From a virus (taxonomy: Duplodnaviria > Caudoviricetes), in the IMG/VR virus record IMGVR_UViG_3300024259_000011: a stretch of 64,000 nucleotides of DNA; one strand, given 5' to 3'. Position 1 is the first letter of the stretch. Every line of letters starts with the position of its first letter. The notes under the pieces are model-generated. The model did no database searches, was not told where the DNA came from, and saw only the letters and a program-made list of their open reading frames with translations. Made by a program: the position numbers and the translations under genes. Shown in pieces: positions 19,587 to 30,041 of this stretch.

Positions 19587-20215
19587 TCTGCTCTCCTTGA
19601 AATATCAGCAACCAAGCCATAGTTAACATCGCGCCAGCTTTTGACTTCATGTACAGAGGCACCAGTGGCGCGTGCAGCTTCAAGCCCTACTATAGAGTCC
19701 TCAAAGATAATACATTCGTCAAGGTCACACCCGATACGCGCTAGCATCATCAAAGCACGGATGTACGGCTCGGGATGTGGCTTCGGATTGATGACATCAC
19801 TATTTGTAATAAGCACGTCGATGTATTTTGCAAAATCTAAGTGTTCCAATAACATACGGGTAGACTGACCATTAGCATTTGTTACAATGGCTATCTTCTT
19901 TTTCTGTTCTTTGAGGTACTTAAACATTTCTATCTTATCAAAGTAATGCTGAGGGTTTAGTTCTGCCATCAGTTCATTTGCAATCTGTTTCTTGTCTTCA
20001 TAAATCGGATATACCTGATCCATGGTGATGTAACCCTTGTCACAAAACTTGATAAGCTTAGCCTTAGTGGTGATTGTAGAGTTTACAATCTCCAAGTCAC
20101 TAGGGTGCCTAACATTAAAGTCGCGGCGCCCAAGCGCTCGTACAATCGAGCGAACCTGAATATCGGTAGTGTCAACGAGTACGCCATCAAAGTCAAAGAT
20201 AAAAGCCTTATACAT
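19583..20215 (-). CDS. HAD-family phosphatase
   Basis: FDFDGVLVDT, VTNA, KPHPE, FEDSIVG. Confidence 0.93.
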   Translation of the reverse strand: MYKAFIFDFDGVLVDTTDIQVRSIVRALGRRDFNVRHPSDLEIVNSTITTKAKLIKFCDKGYITMDQVYPIYEDKKQIANELMAELNPQHYFDKIEMFKYLKEQKKKIAIVTNANGQSTRMLLEHLDFAKYIDVLITNSDVINPKPHPEPYIRALMMLARIGCDLDECIIFEDSIVGLEAARATGASVHEVKSWRDVNYGLVADISRRAE

Positions 20216-20216
20216 G

Positions 20217-21605
20217 CTATTCCCTAGGGTGGTGCTGAAGATAGTGGTTTAGATCCTCGGGTGTTCCGAGACCCCACATTCTATCAATGTGGAAAACCTT
20301 AATCTTCTGGGCGTCCTCGCATGCCTGATTGTATACAGGGCAAACATAAAACTCGTTATTAGTACGAATATCTCGCTCAATCATTTGCTCAGTATACTTT
20401 ACATAATCAGAGCCCTTGCGGAAGTAATAAACTCCAGCCGTCGCAATATTGCTAATGGGATTCTTCTCTGCGACCTCTGTAACAAACCCATCGTCACCAA
20501 GCTTTGCGAAACTCCACTTGGGATGAGTCGCTTCAAAGGTAAGGATACCTCCGTCTACCTCATCTGCAACCATAGAATACATAAACTCGTTGCTGTCCCA
20601 CTCAAAAACCTGATCGGAGTTTGAGATGACCAGAGGCTCATCGTTATTGATAAACTCCTTTGCCAACAATGTAGTACACGCTGCACCTTCAGTAATGCCG
20701 TCCACCTGTACAATCACACATTCCGGTGAGATGAGGTTTAATAACTGTTGAAGATTATATTTCTCATAGTGCGACTTTTGCACGATGTAAATGTGACGAG
20801 CCTCGATGTTCAAGTTCTCCGTCACTAGTTGGATCATTGGTTTACCGTTGACATCGATAAGCGGCTTCGGGAAAGTATACCCTGCCTTTTCAAATCGACT
20901 TCCGGCACCCGCCATTGGAATTAATACGTTCATTTTGCCTCCTTGCCATGGTGTAATAATTTTTTGAGATTTAAAGTTATGTTCGATAGCACCCTTGACC
21001 TTCTCATAGGTCACGTCGTCAGGGTTACGCACCGCGCATAAAGAAGCACCTGAACTGAGTGCTGCCTTACGACCGATGTGTGAGTCCTCTACAATAAGAG
21101 TATACTTGGGTCCGATGCCAGCTTTGATCATGCACTTCAGATACATTTCTGGGCTGGGCTTTGGAGCCTTGACATCTTGGTTGGAATAAATAAACTCGAC
21201 ATACTCCAAGAGTCCCTTCTTGAGAAGCATCATCTTCACGGATTCTCTGATAGAGTTCGATGCGCAGCAGATTCTATATCCGTCATCGCGGAGTTGCTTG
21301 AGCACCCCACGCATGCGTGTGTCATACTCCATCTCCTCGGAGATGATCTTGTAAGTCATGTCCTGCTTGCGCTGCCACACAGTATTGTGTAGTTCCTTCG
21401 GCAAGCCCTTGTTCTTTGTGAGCATGTTCAGCTTCTTTGACGTGGGCAGCCCATCATATGTTGATAGGTGCTCAGCACGATTCACAATGTACTTTCCGTC
21501 CACTGATGCTAACGCTCTGTTTAAAGCCTCGTAGTGTAGCTCGCGAGCATCTACGAGGACGCCATCTAAATCGAAGATGACTAAGATTTCACTATTGTCT
21601 ACCAT
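20217..21605 (-). CDS. HAD phosphatase fused to sugar-nucleotidyltransferase domain
   Basis: N-terminal FDLDGVL...KPSP...EDSHIG; C-terminal IPMAGAGSRF...PKPLI, SNSDQ, EKNPIS, LGTPEDL. Confidence 0.9.
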   Translation of the reverse strand: MVDNSEILVIFDLDGVLVDARELHYEALNRALASVDGKYIVNRAEHLSTYDGLPTSKKLNMLTKNKGLPKELHNTVWQRKQDMTYKIISEEMEYDTRMRGVLKQLRDDGYRICCASNSIRESVKMMLLKKGLLEYVEFIYSNQDVKAPKPSPEMYLKCMIKAGIGPKYTLIVEDSHIGRKAALSSGASLCAVRNPDDVTYEKVKGAIEHNFKSQKIITPWQGGKMNVLIPMAGAGSRFEKAGYTFPKPLIDVNGKPMIQLVTENLNIEARHIYIVQKSHYEKYNLQQLLNLISPECVIVQVDGITEGAACTTLLAKEFINNDEPLVISNSDQVFEWDSNEFMYSMVADEVDGGILTFEATHPKWSFAKLGDDGFVTEVAEKNPISNIATAGVYYFRKGSDYVKYTEQMIERDIRTNNEFYVCPVYNQACEDAQKIKVFHIDRMWGLGTPEDLNHYLQHHPRE

Positions 21606-22318
21606 TATTGTCTTCCTAAAAATATTTTCTCAAATCTATGAGTTTCTTGATAACCGGGATCATAGCAGTATCCCTGAACAGAAAGCTCTGACAAGTCATA
21701 GCCCTCCATATTTAAAACCATTCCCCACACACGCTCCATCGCTTCAGACTGGCGCTTGGTTGTGGGTCGAATCTTGTCGAACCCTGCAGCCTTGAGCTTA
21801 TCTAAGACAGTGCGCTTACACATGAGCATCGGTCCAAAGAGGGCGGCGAATCGATGACCCAACTCTGGCTTATAACTTGTCTTCGCCAGAAGCTGTGTGT
21901 TCGCCCAGTTGTATGTTTCATCATAAACAAATCCATTGTCTCCGGTTGGCACCTCTGCTGGTGTCCAGCCCACTCCATTCCACGAACGGAAGTAGCGCAA
22001 GGCGACAACATCTTCTTCTAGAAGATCCAAGAGCCCGTCCTTGATTAGCATAGAATCATGAAGAAAATAATAATAATCGTAATCAGGATAGTTCTCATAG
22101 GTGTGCCAAATATTTCCAGTTGTAAGGCTTTGGTTCCCAATGTCTTCAACCTTTGCGCCAAACTGTTTAACTGCTCCATAATATGATTTGTCCTCTGAGT
22201 TACTGTCTACGATATGAATGGGAGAATCCGGATGGTGCTCGCGAATGCTTTGAACGCACGGAAGCACGACCGGGTTCGCCGGGTCAAATCGACAGGTGAT
22301 TGAAAAAAGATGTTTCAT
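21605..22318 (-). CDS. GT-A-fold glycosyltransferase-like protein
   Basis: IHIVDSNS, YYFLHDS, ERVWG. Confidence 0.6.
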   Translation of the reverse strand: MKHLFSITCRFDPANPVVLPCVQSIREHHPDSPIHIVDSNSEDKSYYGAVKQFGAKVEDIGNQSLTTGNIWHTYENYPDYDYYYFLHDSMLIKDGLLDLLEEDVVALRYFRSWNGVGWTPAEVPTGDNGFVYDETYNWANTQLLAKTSYKPELGHRFAALFGPMLMCKRTVLDKLKAAGFDKIRPTTKRQSEAMERVWGMVLNMEGYDLSELSVQGYCYDPGYQETHRFEKIFLGRQ

Positions 22319-23226
22319 TTGAATCGTGGTGGGGCTGTAGATTGAATCAGGCGCTCATAGAGAAGCGTTGCTTTGTCAACACCTACAGACATTATCCTTG
22401 TGAGCTTCGGGCGATATCGGGAGCCATAGAATCCATCGTTCCGCCACACTCGCATAAGAACACTACCATCGCGGTCGCGATAAATACGCATTTGGTCAGG
22501 CATGCCAAGACCCCAGCCGCGAGAGTCGCGACCTAGGTTGTTGTCGTTGTCCCATACGTCGTTGACCAACAGTTCATAGCCGGCTCTGTTTGCCGTCAAG
22601 CCCCACAAGGATTGCTCGTTGAGTCCTTGCTCCATCATGGGGTTCTGAATAATGTCAGCGTCAAGAGATACGCGATAGATGTCTTCGATAACTTTCTGGT
22701 AAGGTCCGGCGGATTGCCAGCCCAAGACTGCAGCAAACACTTGAAACTTGCTGGCTTCTTCTTCGGTCAAGCCGATACCCTTGTGGTAGTTCTCACTGGT
22801 TCGCCAATCGTTTCTCCAACGTTGATCGGAAGAAAAGAACAGCCCGTCGCGGGCAATGACTTCAAAGACTTTTTCAACGTTAGTAAACGGAGCGATACCA
22901 GAGTCAATCCAAAGAATGTTCTTTCCATACTCCTGTGCATGATGGACGGCGCCGCACTTCCAAACGTGATTGCGGCTCTGACTCGTCTGCTCGTCAGTCA
23001 TACAGTCGGTGTAGCCCTCGTAAGGGTCTTCGGGGAACTCAACAACTTGAGTCTTTGGATATTCATTAAGGATTGCCTTCTCTTCATCCGTGAGTCCCAG
23101 ATTAAAAACAATAATCTGATCCACAACATCACCTGAAAAACATAAAATGTGCTCAATCATCGTACGACCCGAAGTGAAGTACTCGCCGGAGTTGTTGAAC
23201 GCTGTGGCGATAATATTATTATACAT
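22315..23226 (-). CDS. Putative GT-A-fold glycosyltransferase
   Basis: WK..., ILWIDSG, EQSLW motifs. Confidence 0.55.
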   Translation of the reverse strand: MYNNIIATAFNNSGEYFTSGRTMIEHILCFSGDVVDQIIVFNLGLTDEEKAILNEYPKTQVVEFPEDPYEGYTDCMTDEQTSQSRNHVWKCGAVHHAQEYGKNILWIDSGIAPFTNVEKVFEVIARDGLFFSSDQRWRNDWRTSENYHKGIGLTEEEASKFQVFAAVLGWQSAGPYQKVIEDIYRVSLDADIIQNPMMEQGLNEQSLWGLTANRAGYELLVNDVWDNDNNLGRDSRGWGLGMPDQMRIYRDRDGSVLMRVWRNDGFYGSRYRPKLTRIMSVGVDKATLLYERLIQSTAPPRFK

Positions 23227-23228
23227 CT

Positions 23229-23564
23229 CTATCCCTTATACGCTCTGATTGCAACGATCTTGCTATCGGAATTGAACTCAATGATGTCCACAACTAGGAA
23301 AGGGTCCATTCCTGTTATCATAATCTCGATTTCAGCCGAAATTGTAAGGTCATCTGTGTCAAAATGTAGCGCAATTGGGCGCACCACGATGGCTTCCACG
23401 TTCTCAAAAAGTGCCGCATTTGCCTTCAATACCGGATATTTGCCTACATACGTCCCTTCCCAGTCTCGTAAATAAATGTTATCGGCATACAACTCCCCTA
23501 AACGCTCTGTGTCTTTAGCCGAAAATGCGTCAAAATACGCTACTGCTGTTGAATATAAATCCAT
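23229..23564 (-). CDS. SnoaL/NTF2-like protein
   Basis: YFDAFSAKD...LRDWE...VVDIIEF...IRAYKG. The start is placed at MDLYST after a GGAG SD. Confidence 0.8.
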   Translation of the reverse strand: MDLYSTAVAYFDAFSAKDTERLGELYADNIYLRDWEGTYVGKYPVLKANAALFENVEAIVVRPIALHFDTDDLTISAEIEIMITGMDPFLVVDIIEFNSDSKIVAIRAYKG

Positions 23565-23574
23565 TTGTTTCTCC

Positions 23575-24465
23575 TTAATACCTTTGACCCGGGTGGACCT
23601 TGTATTCGTCCTCTCGGGGCTCTTCTCTGTTTGGTCCCACAATCGAGTGGAAAATGTGTACAACGAATGGACCGCCGATGTCAATAAACGGCACGCCTTG
23701 CACTCGTTGGGCAGCTTGGATTCCCCAAAAACTCAGGTTCCAAGTGCGGTCTGGGTTAGAACCCTGAAAATCAATCTCTGAGAAGGTCGTCCCATCCATA
23801 TAATGGCAGTTAAAGTCTGCTCTAACGGTGTGGGCTACAAACCTTACCCTAGGATCTGTAGGGTCTTCAAAGTCTCTACGCATGTCAGCAGCCAAGTCCT
23901 CTGGATCTTGATGCCAAATGTCTTTTAAAACCCGGAGGTCACCGTCGCCCAAAGAATCAGCGTAGTCGCTGCCAAAGTAATAAGTGATCTCATCTGATGG
24001 GACGAAGGCTCCTCGTTGGAGATATTGTAGAATTTCATCTTTTTGAATATATTCTTTTGCATTAGCGGTTGGTGGGGTAAAGATAAAGCGACTATCAGTA
24101 CTTATTGACGTGTCAATATCTCCCAAGCCCTTCATAAAGTTGGCAGAAACCCCATAATCTGACTTTAACATTAGTACTTTAGCAGGATTTGCCTCTTGAC
24201 AATGACTAGTTAAATAAAGCATGTCCTGCCCAAGAGTCTTTCCATCGCTCTTGGGCAGGATCTCAATCTTATCAAAATGGTGTCGAAGCCTATATTTATC
24301 GATCAGACCGAGAAGCTTGTTGTTCGGCAACTCCTGAGGGTGGGTATTGTAGATGTACATTACATCAAACTTATAATCCACGCTCTGGTTTGCCAAAGAG
24401 TTAAAACAAATGTCAGCATGCTCTTCGCCTAATGTGGCATGCGTGTTAAAGTAGCAGATTCTCAA
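23575..24465 (-). CDS. Hypothetical glycan-cluster protein (possible GT-like)
   Basis: In-operon 296-aa ORF. Confidence 0.6.
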   Translation of the reverse strand: MRICYFNTHATLGEEHADICFNSLANQSVDYKFDVMYIYNTHPQELPNNKLLGLIDKYRLRHHFDKIEILPKSDGKTLGQDMLYLTSHCQEANPAKVLMLKSDYGVSANFMKGLGDIDTSISTDSRFIFTPPTANAKEYIQKDEILQYLQRGAFVPSDEITYYFGSDYADSLGDGDLRVLKDIWHQDPEDLAADMRRDFEDPTDPRVRFVAHTVRADFNCHYMDGTTFSEIDFQGSNPDRTWNLSFWGIQAAQRVQGVPFIDIGGPFVVHIFHSIVGPNREEPREDEYKVHPGQRY

Positions 24466-25286
24466 AGTACTACCTCATAATATTGTCCCTTGGGTTTAAT
24501 AATCTTACAGTCTTGCATTTCCTCGATTGTTGCCTCGTCAAGAGGAAGCTGAAATGAGCTTCTTTCGGGGTGCAAGCGCGCACGAAGGTCTAAGATGTTC
24601 GGGCGCTTGCCGCCAGTCATCGCAACTCCGTCCATAATATGCATAACGTACTGCCGGTCAGTGGCAAGGATTTGATAGCCGTCATTTTTCGAGCGTTCGA
24701 TTCCCTTCACTTCGTACTCCCAACAGTCTTCTCCACGAATCAAGTATTTCATTAGATAATCCTTGTTCCAGATGTTAAAGCGCAGAGCCAGACGATAGCT
24801 GGCGTCTTGTGTTAACTCAATTATATCATACTCTCCGCGATTTTCAACTAAATTGTTGCTGCGCTGAGAGGGACCGGGGGTTAAATCGACTCGTCCAATC
24901 TTTGGATTGAGGCGATCTACCAAATCATTATAGATTGACATGTCAAGCGGCTTAAGAAAAAACTCATTCTCAAGCATATGCACAAAGTATTCGTCTTCGA
25001 TGCCTTTGAAATAATCAAGATGATCATCGGTCCAGTACTTCAGACCGCGTTGTTCGCCCAAAGAGACGAACTCATAGTTAGATGGAAGGTCGAACTGCGG
25101 ATGGTCAAACCCTACGATTACGACTTTCTGTTCTGGCGACCAAAACTTGTTTAATAGGAAGCTGAATGGTCGCAGGATATGCAGATAATCGTTAGATGTA
25201 AAGACGTATACATTTAAATCTTGTGTTGTCATGTCAGCCCCCTTGAATAAAGTATGTGACGATAGAGTTTTCGATAGGCTTGCCAT
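24462..25286 (-). CDS. Hypothetical GT-like protein
   Basis: VYVFTSNDY, HMLENEFF, WEYE; true start is probably MTTQDL. Confidence 0.6.
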   Translation of the reverse strand: MASLSKTLSSHTLFKGADMTTQDLNVYVFTSNDYLHILRPFSFLLNKFWSPEQKVVIVGFDHPQFDLPSNYEFVSLGEQRGLKYWTDDHLDYFKGIEDEYFVHMLENEFFLKPLDMSIYNDLVDRLNPKIGRVDLTPGPSQRSNNLVENRGEYDIIELTQDASYRLALRFNIWNKDYLMKYLIRGEDCWEYEVKGIERSKNDGYQILATDRQYVMHIMDGVAMTGGKRPNILDLRARLHPERSSFQLPLDEATIEEMQDCKIIKPKGQYYEVVL

Positions 25287-26085
25287 GCCAGAAGGCTTTT
25301 AAACCATGGTGTTCACCCAAGCTGGCTAACGTATCTTTGCTGAAATAATATAAATGCTCTGCCGGCTTGATGTGTTTCCACTCTACGCCTTCGTTTTTAT
25401 AGTTCTCGCATTCAATATCATGAGTACCTACGACAAGCACACCCTTAGGGGATAGTCTCTTCACCATCTCAGCCATTAAAATGTCCGGGCGAGCAACGTG
25501 TTCAATAGTATTAAAGCACATGATGACATCAAACGTGCCATTGTCGTAATCCTCAATGTATCCCTGCTCTAGAGGGACAGCATACTTTTCGATGCCCTCA
25601 TCAACATCTTGTTGGTTGGGGTCGATCCCATGCGCTGAGAATCCTGCCTCTTGTGCCGCATCGACTAGGAAACCCATTGAGCAGCCAACATCGAGAAACC
25701 TGCCAGTCGGATTAAACCGCAAAGGCGGAGGCAGCAGGCGATAAAAGCTTTGAAGAAAGCCAATGCGTTCAACAGAAATCATTTCAAACTCTTCACAGCG
25801 CTCATCAATCCTGCGCTCACCGATGCTGGTTTGATACTCTCGCCAGTAGTCGCCCTCGTACTTGTCACTCCAGTGATCGTTGGGTTGTGGCGGGTGGGAT
25901 GCAATGAAACCACAGTTGGAGCATTGTTTAATATCAAGCTTTTGCTTGCCGCGCCGGGACGCAGGCAAGTCAGAAAACTTATGCACAATCTTACGACGTT
26001 TTCCGCCGCAAATCAAGCATCCGCTTTTTTCTGTTCTATCCTTCATTCGCATACCATGTGTTTTTGCCGATAGTGATGGCTTCAT
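25234..26085 (-). CDS. Class I SAM-dependent methyltransferase with N-terminal Zn-finger
   Basis: CLIC..CSNC; FLDVGCSMG; FNTIEHV; EHLYYF. Confidence 0.9.
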   Translation of the reverse strand: MKPSLSAKTHGMRMKDRTEKSGCLICGGKRRKIVHKFSDLPASRRGKQKLDIKQCSNCGFIASHPPQPNDHWSDKYEGDYWREYQTSIGERRIDERCEEFEMISVERIGFLQSFYRLLPPPLRFNPTGRFLDVGCSMGFLVDAAQEAGFSAHGIDPNQQDVDEGIEKYAVPLEQGYIEDYDNGTFDVIMCFNTIEHVARPDILMAEMVKRLSPKGVLVVGTHDIECENYKNEGVEWKHIKPAEHLYYFSKDTLASLGEHHGLKAFWHGKPIENSIVTYFIQGG

Positions 26086-26950
26086 AAATTGTATTCCATA
26101 GATTATACTTGTTGAGGATTAGCTCTCTCGCCTCAGTCATCGCCGGAATATGATCTTCAAAGTTGTCCTCTTCGAGAAGCTTAATAATCCGTTCTATTTC
26201 ATTATGATTTCGAGCATCGAACGGAATGTAAGAGCCCTCGGGAAAGAACTCATGAATGTTGGAGATTCCGGGTGCAACATTATAAATAGGCAAAGCCCAA
26301 GACAGTAATGTATCTGTGAATTGTGTTGCGAAATAATTTGGGTAAGTTCCATTGTCGAAAGCCAAGCAATAACGGTAGTCTTTAAGAGTATTATACTTGT
26401 CATCGTCTTTAATTTCAAGCACAAAATCAGTTAATTCTGGAAGTTTACTGATTCGTCCGTATAAATCAAACTTATCAGCGTGGCGCTTTTGTAGTTCTTT
26501 AACAAACTGTACGCGGGTATCCATGCCCGGTAGCCATGTCTTTTCAGAAACAGTGCAAGACATTCCTTTGTTCTTTTTCTGGGGCTGTAGCTTGAGCAGT
26601 TGATCATAAGTTTTTGTATACCCGGAGCGCTCGCAGTACCAGAAGCTAGAAAAGTAAGATTCACCGGTCAGGAAGGAGAACCGCCTGATACGTGGATCCA
26701 TTGGTCCCATACCTCGACCGACACCCCGGGGCTCACGACTAAAATAGAAAGTCTTGTTAGCATCCGGTGTCTGGTGATCTGTTGCTTCCAAGATAACGTA
26801 GTAGTCGGCATCGTTTATATCCGGCACTCCCTTCATATCTTTCCACACGCCAGAGTTCCCGGGCGTTTGCCGCTTGGCTCGCTCCAGCAGTTCATTCTGG
26901 CTCATGTTGTCCATGCCGCGTGAGGGCATAAAGTAAATCTTAAAACTCAT
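26036..26950 (-). CDS. GT10-family (fucosyltransferase-like) glycosyltransferase
   Basis: FSREP, FDLYGR, KYNTLKDYRYCLAFDN...YFATQFTD..LPIY. Confidence 0.75.
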   Translation of the reverse strand: MSFKIYFMPSRGMDNMSQNELLERAKRQTPGNSGVWKDMKGVPDINDADYYVILEATDHQTPDANKTFYFSREPRGVGRGMGPMDPRIRRFSFLTGESYFSSFWYCERSGYTKTYDQLLKLQPQKKNKGMSCTVSEKTWLPGMDTRVQFVKELQKRHADKFDLYGRISKLPELTDFVLEIKDDDKYNTLKDYRYCLAFDNGTYPNYFATQFTDTLLSWALPIYNVAPGISNIHEFFPEGSYIPFDARNHNEIERIIKLLEEDNFEDHIPAMTEARELILNKYNLWNTIYEAITIGKNTWYANEG

Positions 26951-26952
26951 TG

Positions 26953-27759
26953 TTAATCTCTGCAGTCTCTATAGTGGTAGTTAAATGTTGTTAACTGATC
27001 GCCCCAAGCCTGCTCCAGTAGATGTACTTGGCGGAGCGTGTACTTGTCTTTATGCGTTTCTTCAACTGGGTTTATATTGCTTTCTTCTGCAGCAACGTTC
27101 CGATATGGAATCTCGTTCCTTTCGCACCAACTGGTAAAGTCTGTCTGTAGATATTCGGTTCTCAATATGTTTTCCATCTTAGGAATCAAAGTTCCGTCTT
27201 TCCTGTATAGCTGGGCAAATAAGTTCTGCTTAAGTGGCGGAATGTGCCAGTCCTTTCCCTCATCCAAATAATGCTCTACAAAATCATGAAATGTGGTTGT
27301 TCCCATAATCGCATTGCAGCCAAACCAGCCGCCGTGGTTATCAGTTGTTGCAACCCAATCGTCCATGTACTTTGGACGATACCGCCAATATGAATAAAAT
27401 AAATCAAATGGATTCCTGATAATCGTAACGTAGCCTATGTGGTCATTCTCTTCCGTATAGTCTGGGCTGAACTTAAGATGATATGGCATGTCCTCCAGAA
27501 ACGGCATATGAAAATATTTTGTAGCTTTGGGCTTCCATCCGTTGACTGTAAACCTATACGGAAATGAATGTCCTAGATTCTCTACTTTAGCCCCTAGGGG
27601 TTCAACCGAATCCGCCTTTGACACTACATGCTTTCCTAGATTGTCCATCAGATAGAGATATTCCATCTTTTCTGGGGGAGGCTTAAAAGCATCAAGTGAG
27701 TTCTTAAGCCAAGTCCCTCCCGTTTTGGGAACATGAATAAATAGCCATTTAGAAATCAT
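26953..27759 (-). CDS. Sulfotransferase family protein
   Basis: PAPS-binding motifs FIHVPKTGGTW and IIRNPFDLFYS. The start is placed at MISKWL. Confidence 0.85.
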   Translation of the reverse strand: MISKWLFIHVPKTGGTWLKNSLDAFKPPPEKMEYLYLMDNLGKHVVSKADSVEPLGAKVENLGHSFPYRFTVNGWKPKATKYFHMPFLEDMPYHLKFSPDYTEENDHIGYVTIIRNPFDLFYSYWRYRPKYMDDWVATTDNHGGWFGCNAIMGTTTFHDFVEHYLDEGKDWHIPPLKQNLFAQLYRKDGTLIPKMENILRTEYLQTDFTSWCERNEIPYRNVAAEESNINPVEETHKDKYTLRQVHLLEQAWGDQLTTFNYHYRDCRD

Positions 27760-29197
27760 AGTCGAACATCTCAATGTCTTCTTGATATCTCTCCGCAACT
27801 TTGGCACGGAGGTTGTCAGTATAGTAATCTTTGTAGGCGCCGGAGTTCGAGGAAACGTTAATGTTCCCAAGCTCGTTGTCAATATTGACGTTGGCACACA
27901 AATACGCCCATTCTTCTTCGATGTTCTCCAGCTTTCCAACATGGTTAACGAATACTTCACCGCGATGTGTGATGAATGTATGTTGTGACCTGAAATGGTC
28001 TTCCGCCAACTCATCTGGAATTGCGCAGACCGCATCTGCGAAATCAGAGAACGTCATGTCAGGCTGAAATAAGTCTCCGTAGTTTTTTACCAAAGCGCGG
28101 TGGACGCCATTCTCATAAAAATCGTTTGTATCTCCAGACGCAAGAATCTTATTCTTATAGCAAGAGACAAGTCGATCCCATGGATTGCGAACTATTGCGA
28201 ACTTTAGATAATCCCACACACGGTCTGTAGCCATCAAATGCTTAGATGCGATTGGCCAATTGGCAGCGTGCATCGCCTCAAAAGAGTGTAAGTCGTTAAA
28301 TACATCCTCTTTAGCTTCGGTGCTGATATTCACTTCTACGTCGAACTTGGTCGCCAGCGCCATTTTAAGACTGCTGCATGCGACCTTTGGAATGAAAGTA
28401 TACACAAACCGATTTGCCTCTGAGACAATGCAGGTCGATGGGTATTGCCCATGTTCCTGCGGGAGTGTTGCATAAGGACGCTTGGCACGAATCTCATTCT
28501 CCGTTCGGATCTGCAACTCGTTATCAATCTTATGATCGTTTAGCGGGTTTGACATATTGTAAACGTATAAAGGTTCAGTTACGTGAGTGCTCTTTGCTCC
28601 AGCCATCTCCAGCATTGGGAACATGAAAGCTAAGTCCCATGCCATGCGGTAAAAGTTGCCATCAGTGTCCTTAAGATCTGCAGGGTCAATGCGCTTCCAC
28701 AGGTCGTGCTTAAACGTACGCAAGTGAGAAGCCTGCCACGGGGATCTTCTTAAGACACTATTAGCTACCCATTCGTTAGGGATTTGCTTCGCAAACTTAC
28801 CCTTCATCCCAGATGGATATTCGGCGTAGCTACCGTAAGTCATTCTGCAATCTGAGTTCTTATAGATTTGGTCTAAAGCATACAATACGTCTCTGCGAGA
28901 CAGCCAGTCATCACCGTCAAGGGTTACAATAACGTCTTCCGGGGAGGGGTCTGCGATCTTAATGCCATCGTAAATATTCTTAAGAGCATATGCTTTTTCT
29001 TGCACCTCAATAAATATAAAGCGAGGGTCATCACCGATCTCTTCGCGTACAATCTTTGCTGTACCATCTGTTGACATGTCATCCAATAGGATACATTGGA
29101 AATCTTTATAGTCCTGCGCCTTGACCGAACGAATACAAACTTTAATCCACTTCTCTACGTTGTAAAACGGAACAATGATTTTAAAATGGTTACCCAT
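27749..29197 (-). CDS. GT2 glycosyltransferase fused to sulfotransferase domain
   Basis: IIVPFYN..LDDMSTD..LDGDDWL; C-terminal FIPKVACSSLK and VRNPWDRLVSCY. Confidence 0.88.
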   Translation of the reverse strand: MGNHFKIIVPFYNVEKWIKVCIRSVKAQDYKDFQCILLDDMSTDGTAKIVREEIGDDPRFIFIEVQEKAYALKNIYDGIKIADPSPEDVIVTLDGDDWLSRRDVLYALDQIYKNSDCRMTYGSYAEYPSGMKGKFAKQIPNEWVANSVLRRSPWQASHLRTFKHDLWKRIDPADLKDTDGNFYRMAWDLAFMFPMLEMAGAKSTHVTEPLYVYNMSNPLNDHKIDNELQIRTENEIRAKRPYATLPQEHGQYPSTCIVSEANRFVYTFIPKVACSSLKMALATKFDVEVNISTEAKEDVFNDLHSFEAMHAANWPIASKHLMATDRVWDYLKFAIVRNPWDRLVSCYKNKILASGDTNDFYENGVHRALVKNYGDLFQPDMTFSDFADAVCAIPDELAEDHFRSQHTFITHRGEVFVNHVGKLENIEEEWAYLCANVNIDNELGNINVSSNSGAYKDYYTDNLRAKVAERYQEDIEMFDYDF

Positions 29198-30041
29198 TTA
29201 ATATCCCCTTCACGATCTGCGGAATCTCTTCTCGTTTCTGATGCATTACCTCAATAAGTTCTGTGCCCTTGAGCCCAAACCACTTTTCTTTAGTGGCGCC
29301 AACATTCTGATTTGTAATAACTGTCATACCCATCATCCTAGCTTCAACTGCGATGCGGGAAAGTGTCTCTGGTGTCTGTGGGAAGAACACAATTCTTTTA
29401 TAGCTTCCGAGCCTTTGCAGGAACTCATGATAATCACAAGGAGCGATCAGTTCATATTTTAGTTGCTTCATCCTGCAGTAGCGTACGGCTCCAACAGTAT
29501 TCTTGTGCCAGTTGTCAGTCTGCATAATCGCACAGGTGTCCACCTTCTCTTGACTTGACAAGTCTTTCATGAGGGACAGGCTTTCTGGCGACCAAAGGTT
29601 GCCGCCCAAACTCTTGATGGTTTCCAACCCTAAGTTCTTCCGTACGATATCCGCGTGGAAATCTGATTGGCACAATACTGCTGCAGCATTCTTATAAAGC
29701 TCATAGTGAACAATATCCGACCGGGGTACCTGATAATCTGGGTACTCTGCTGGGTTACGATTACGCACGTATTTATGATCGTGCTCGTAAATAATGTACT
29801 TCGCTTTTTCAACCAGCTTTTTATAACTTTGATATGGTAGTTGAAGAAAGTTAGAAACAATATAATAGTCTACCAGTCCATACTCGATGGCAACAGGGTC
29901 TAAGTTTCTACTCTTGACTTTCATGATATGAAAATCGGCAGAAAGAAGCTTAATAAGTTCATCGTTATTCACTTCTCCTCCGCCGCTGATCTCGTCAGCA
30001 AAGAAATCAGCTACAAATGCTATTGTTGGCTTTCTGCTCAT
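29190..30041 (-). CDS. GT-B (GT4-like) glycosyltransferase
   Basis: GGGEVN, PETLSRIAVEARMMG. Confidence 0.7.
   Translation of the reverse strand: MSRKPTIAFVADFFADEISGGGEVNNDELIKLLSADFHIMKVKSRNLDPVAIEYGLVDYYIVSNFLQLPYQSYKKLVEKAKYIIYEHDHKYVRNRNPAEYPDYQVPRSDIVHYELYKNAAAVLCQSDFHADIVRKNLGLETIKSLGGNLWSPESLSLMKDLSSQEKVDTCAIMQTDNWHKNTVGAVRYCRMKQLKYELIAPCDYHEFLQRLGSYKRIVFFPQTPETLSRIAVEARMMGMTVITNQNVGATKEKWFGLKGTELIEVMHQKREEIPQIVKGILNG

Noticed and set aside
27760-28035. N-terminal extension of the sulfotransferase ORF
   Set aside because: It lies inside the upstream GT2-sulfotransferase gene in another frame.
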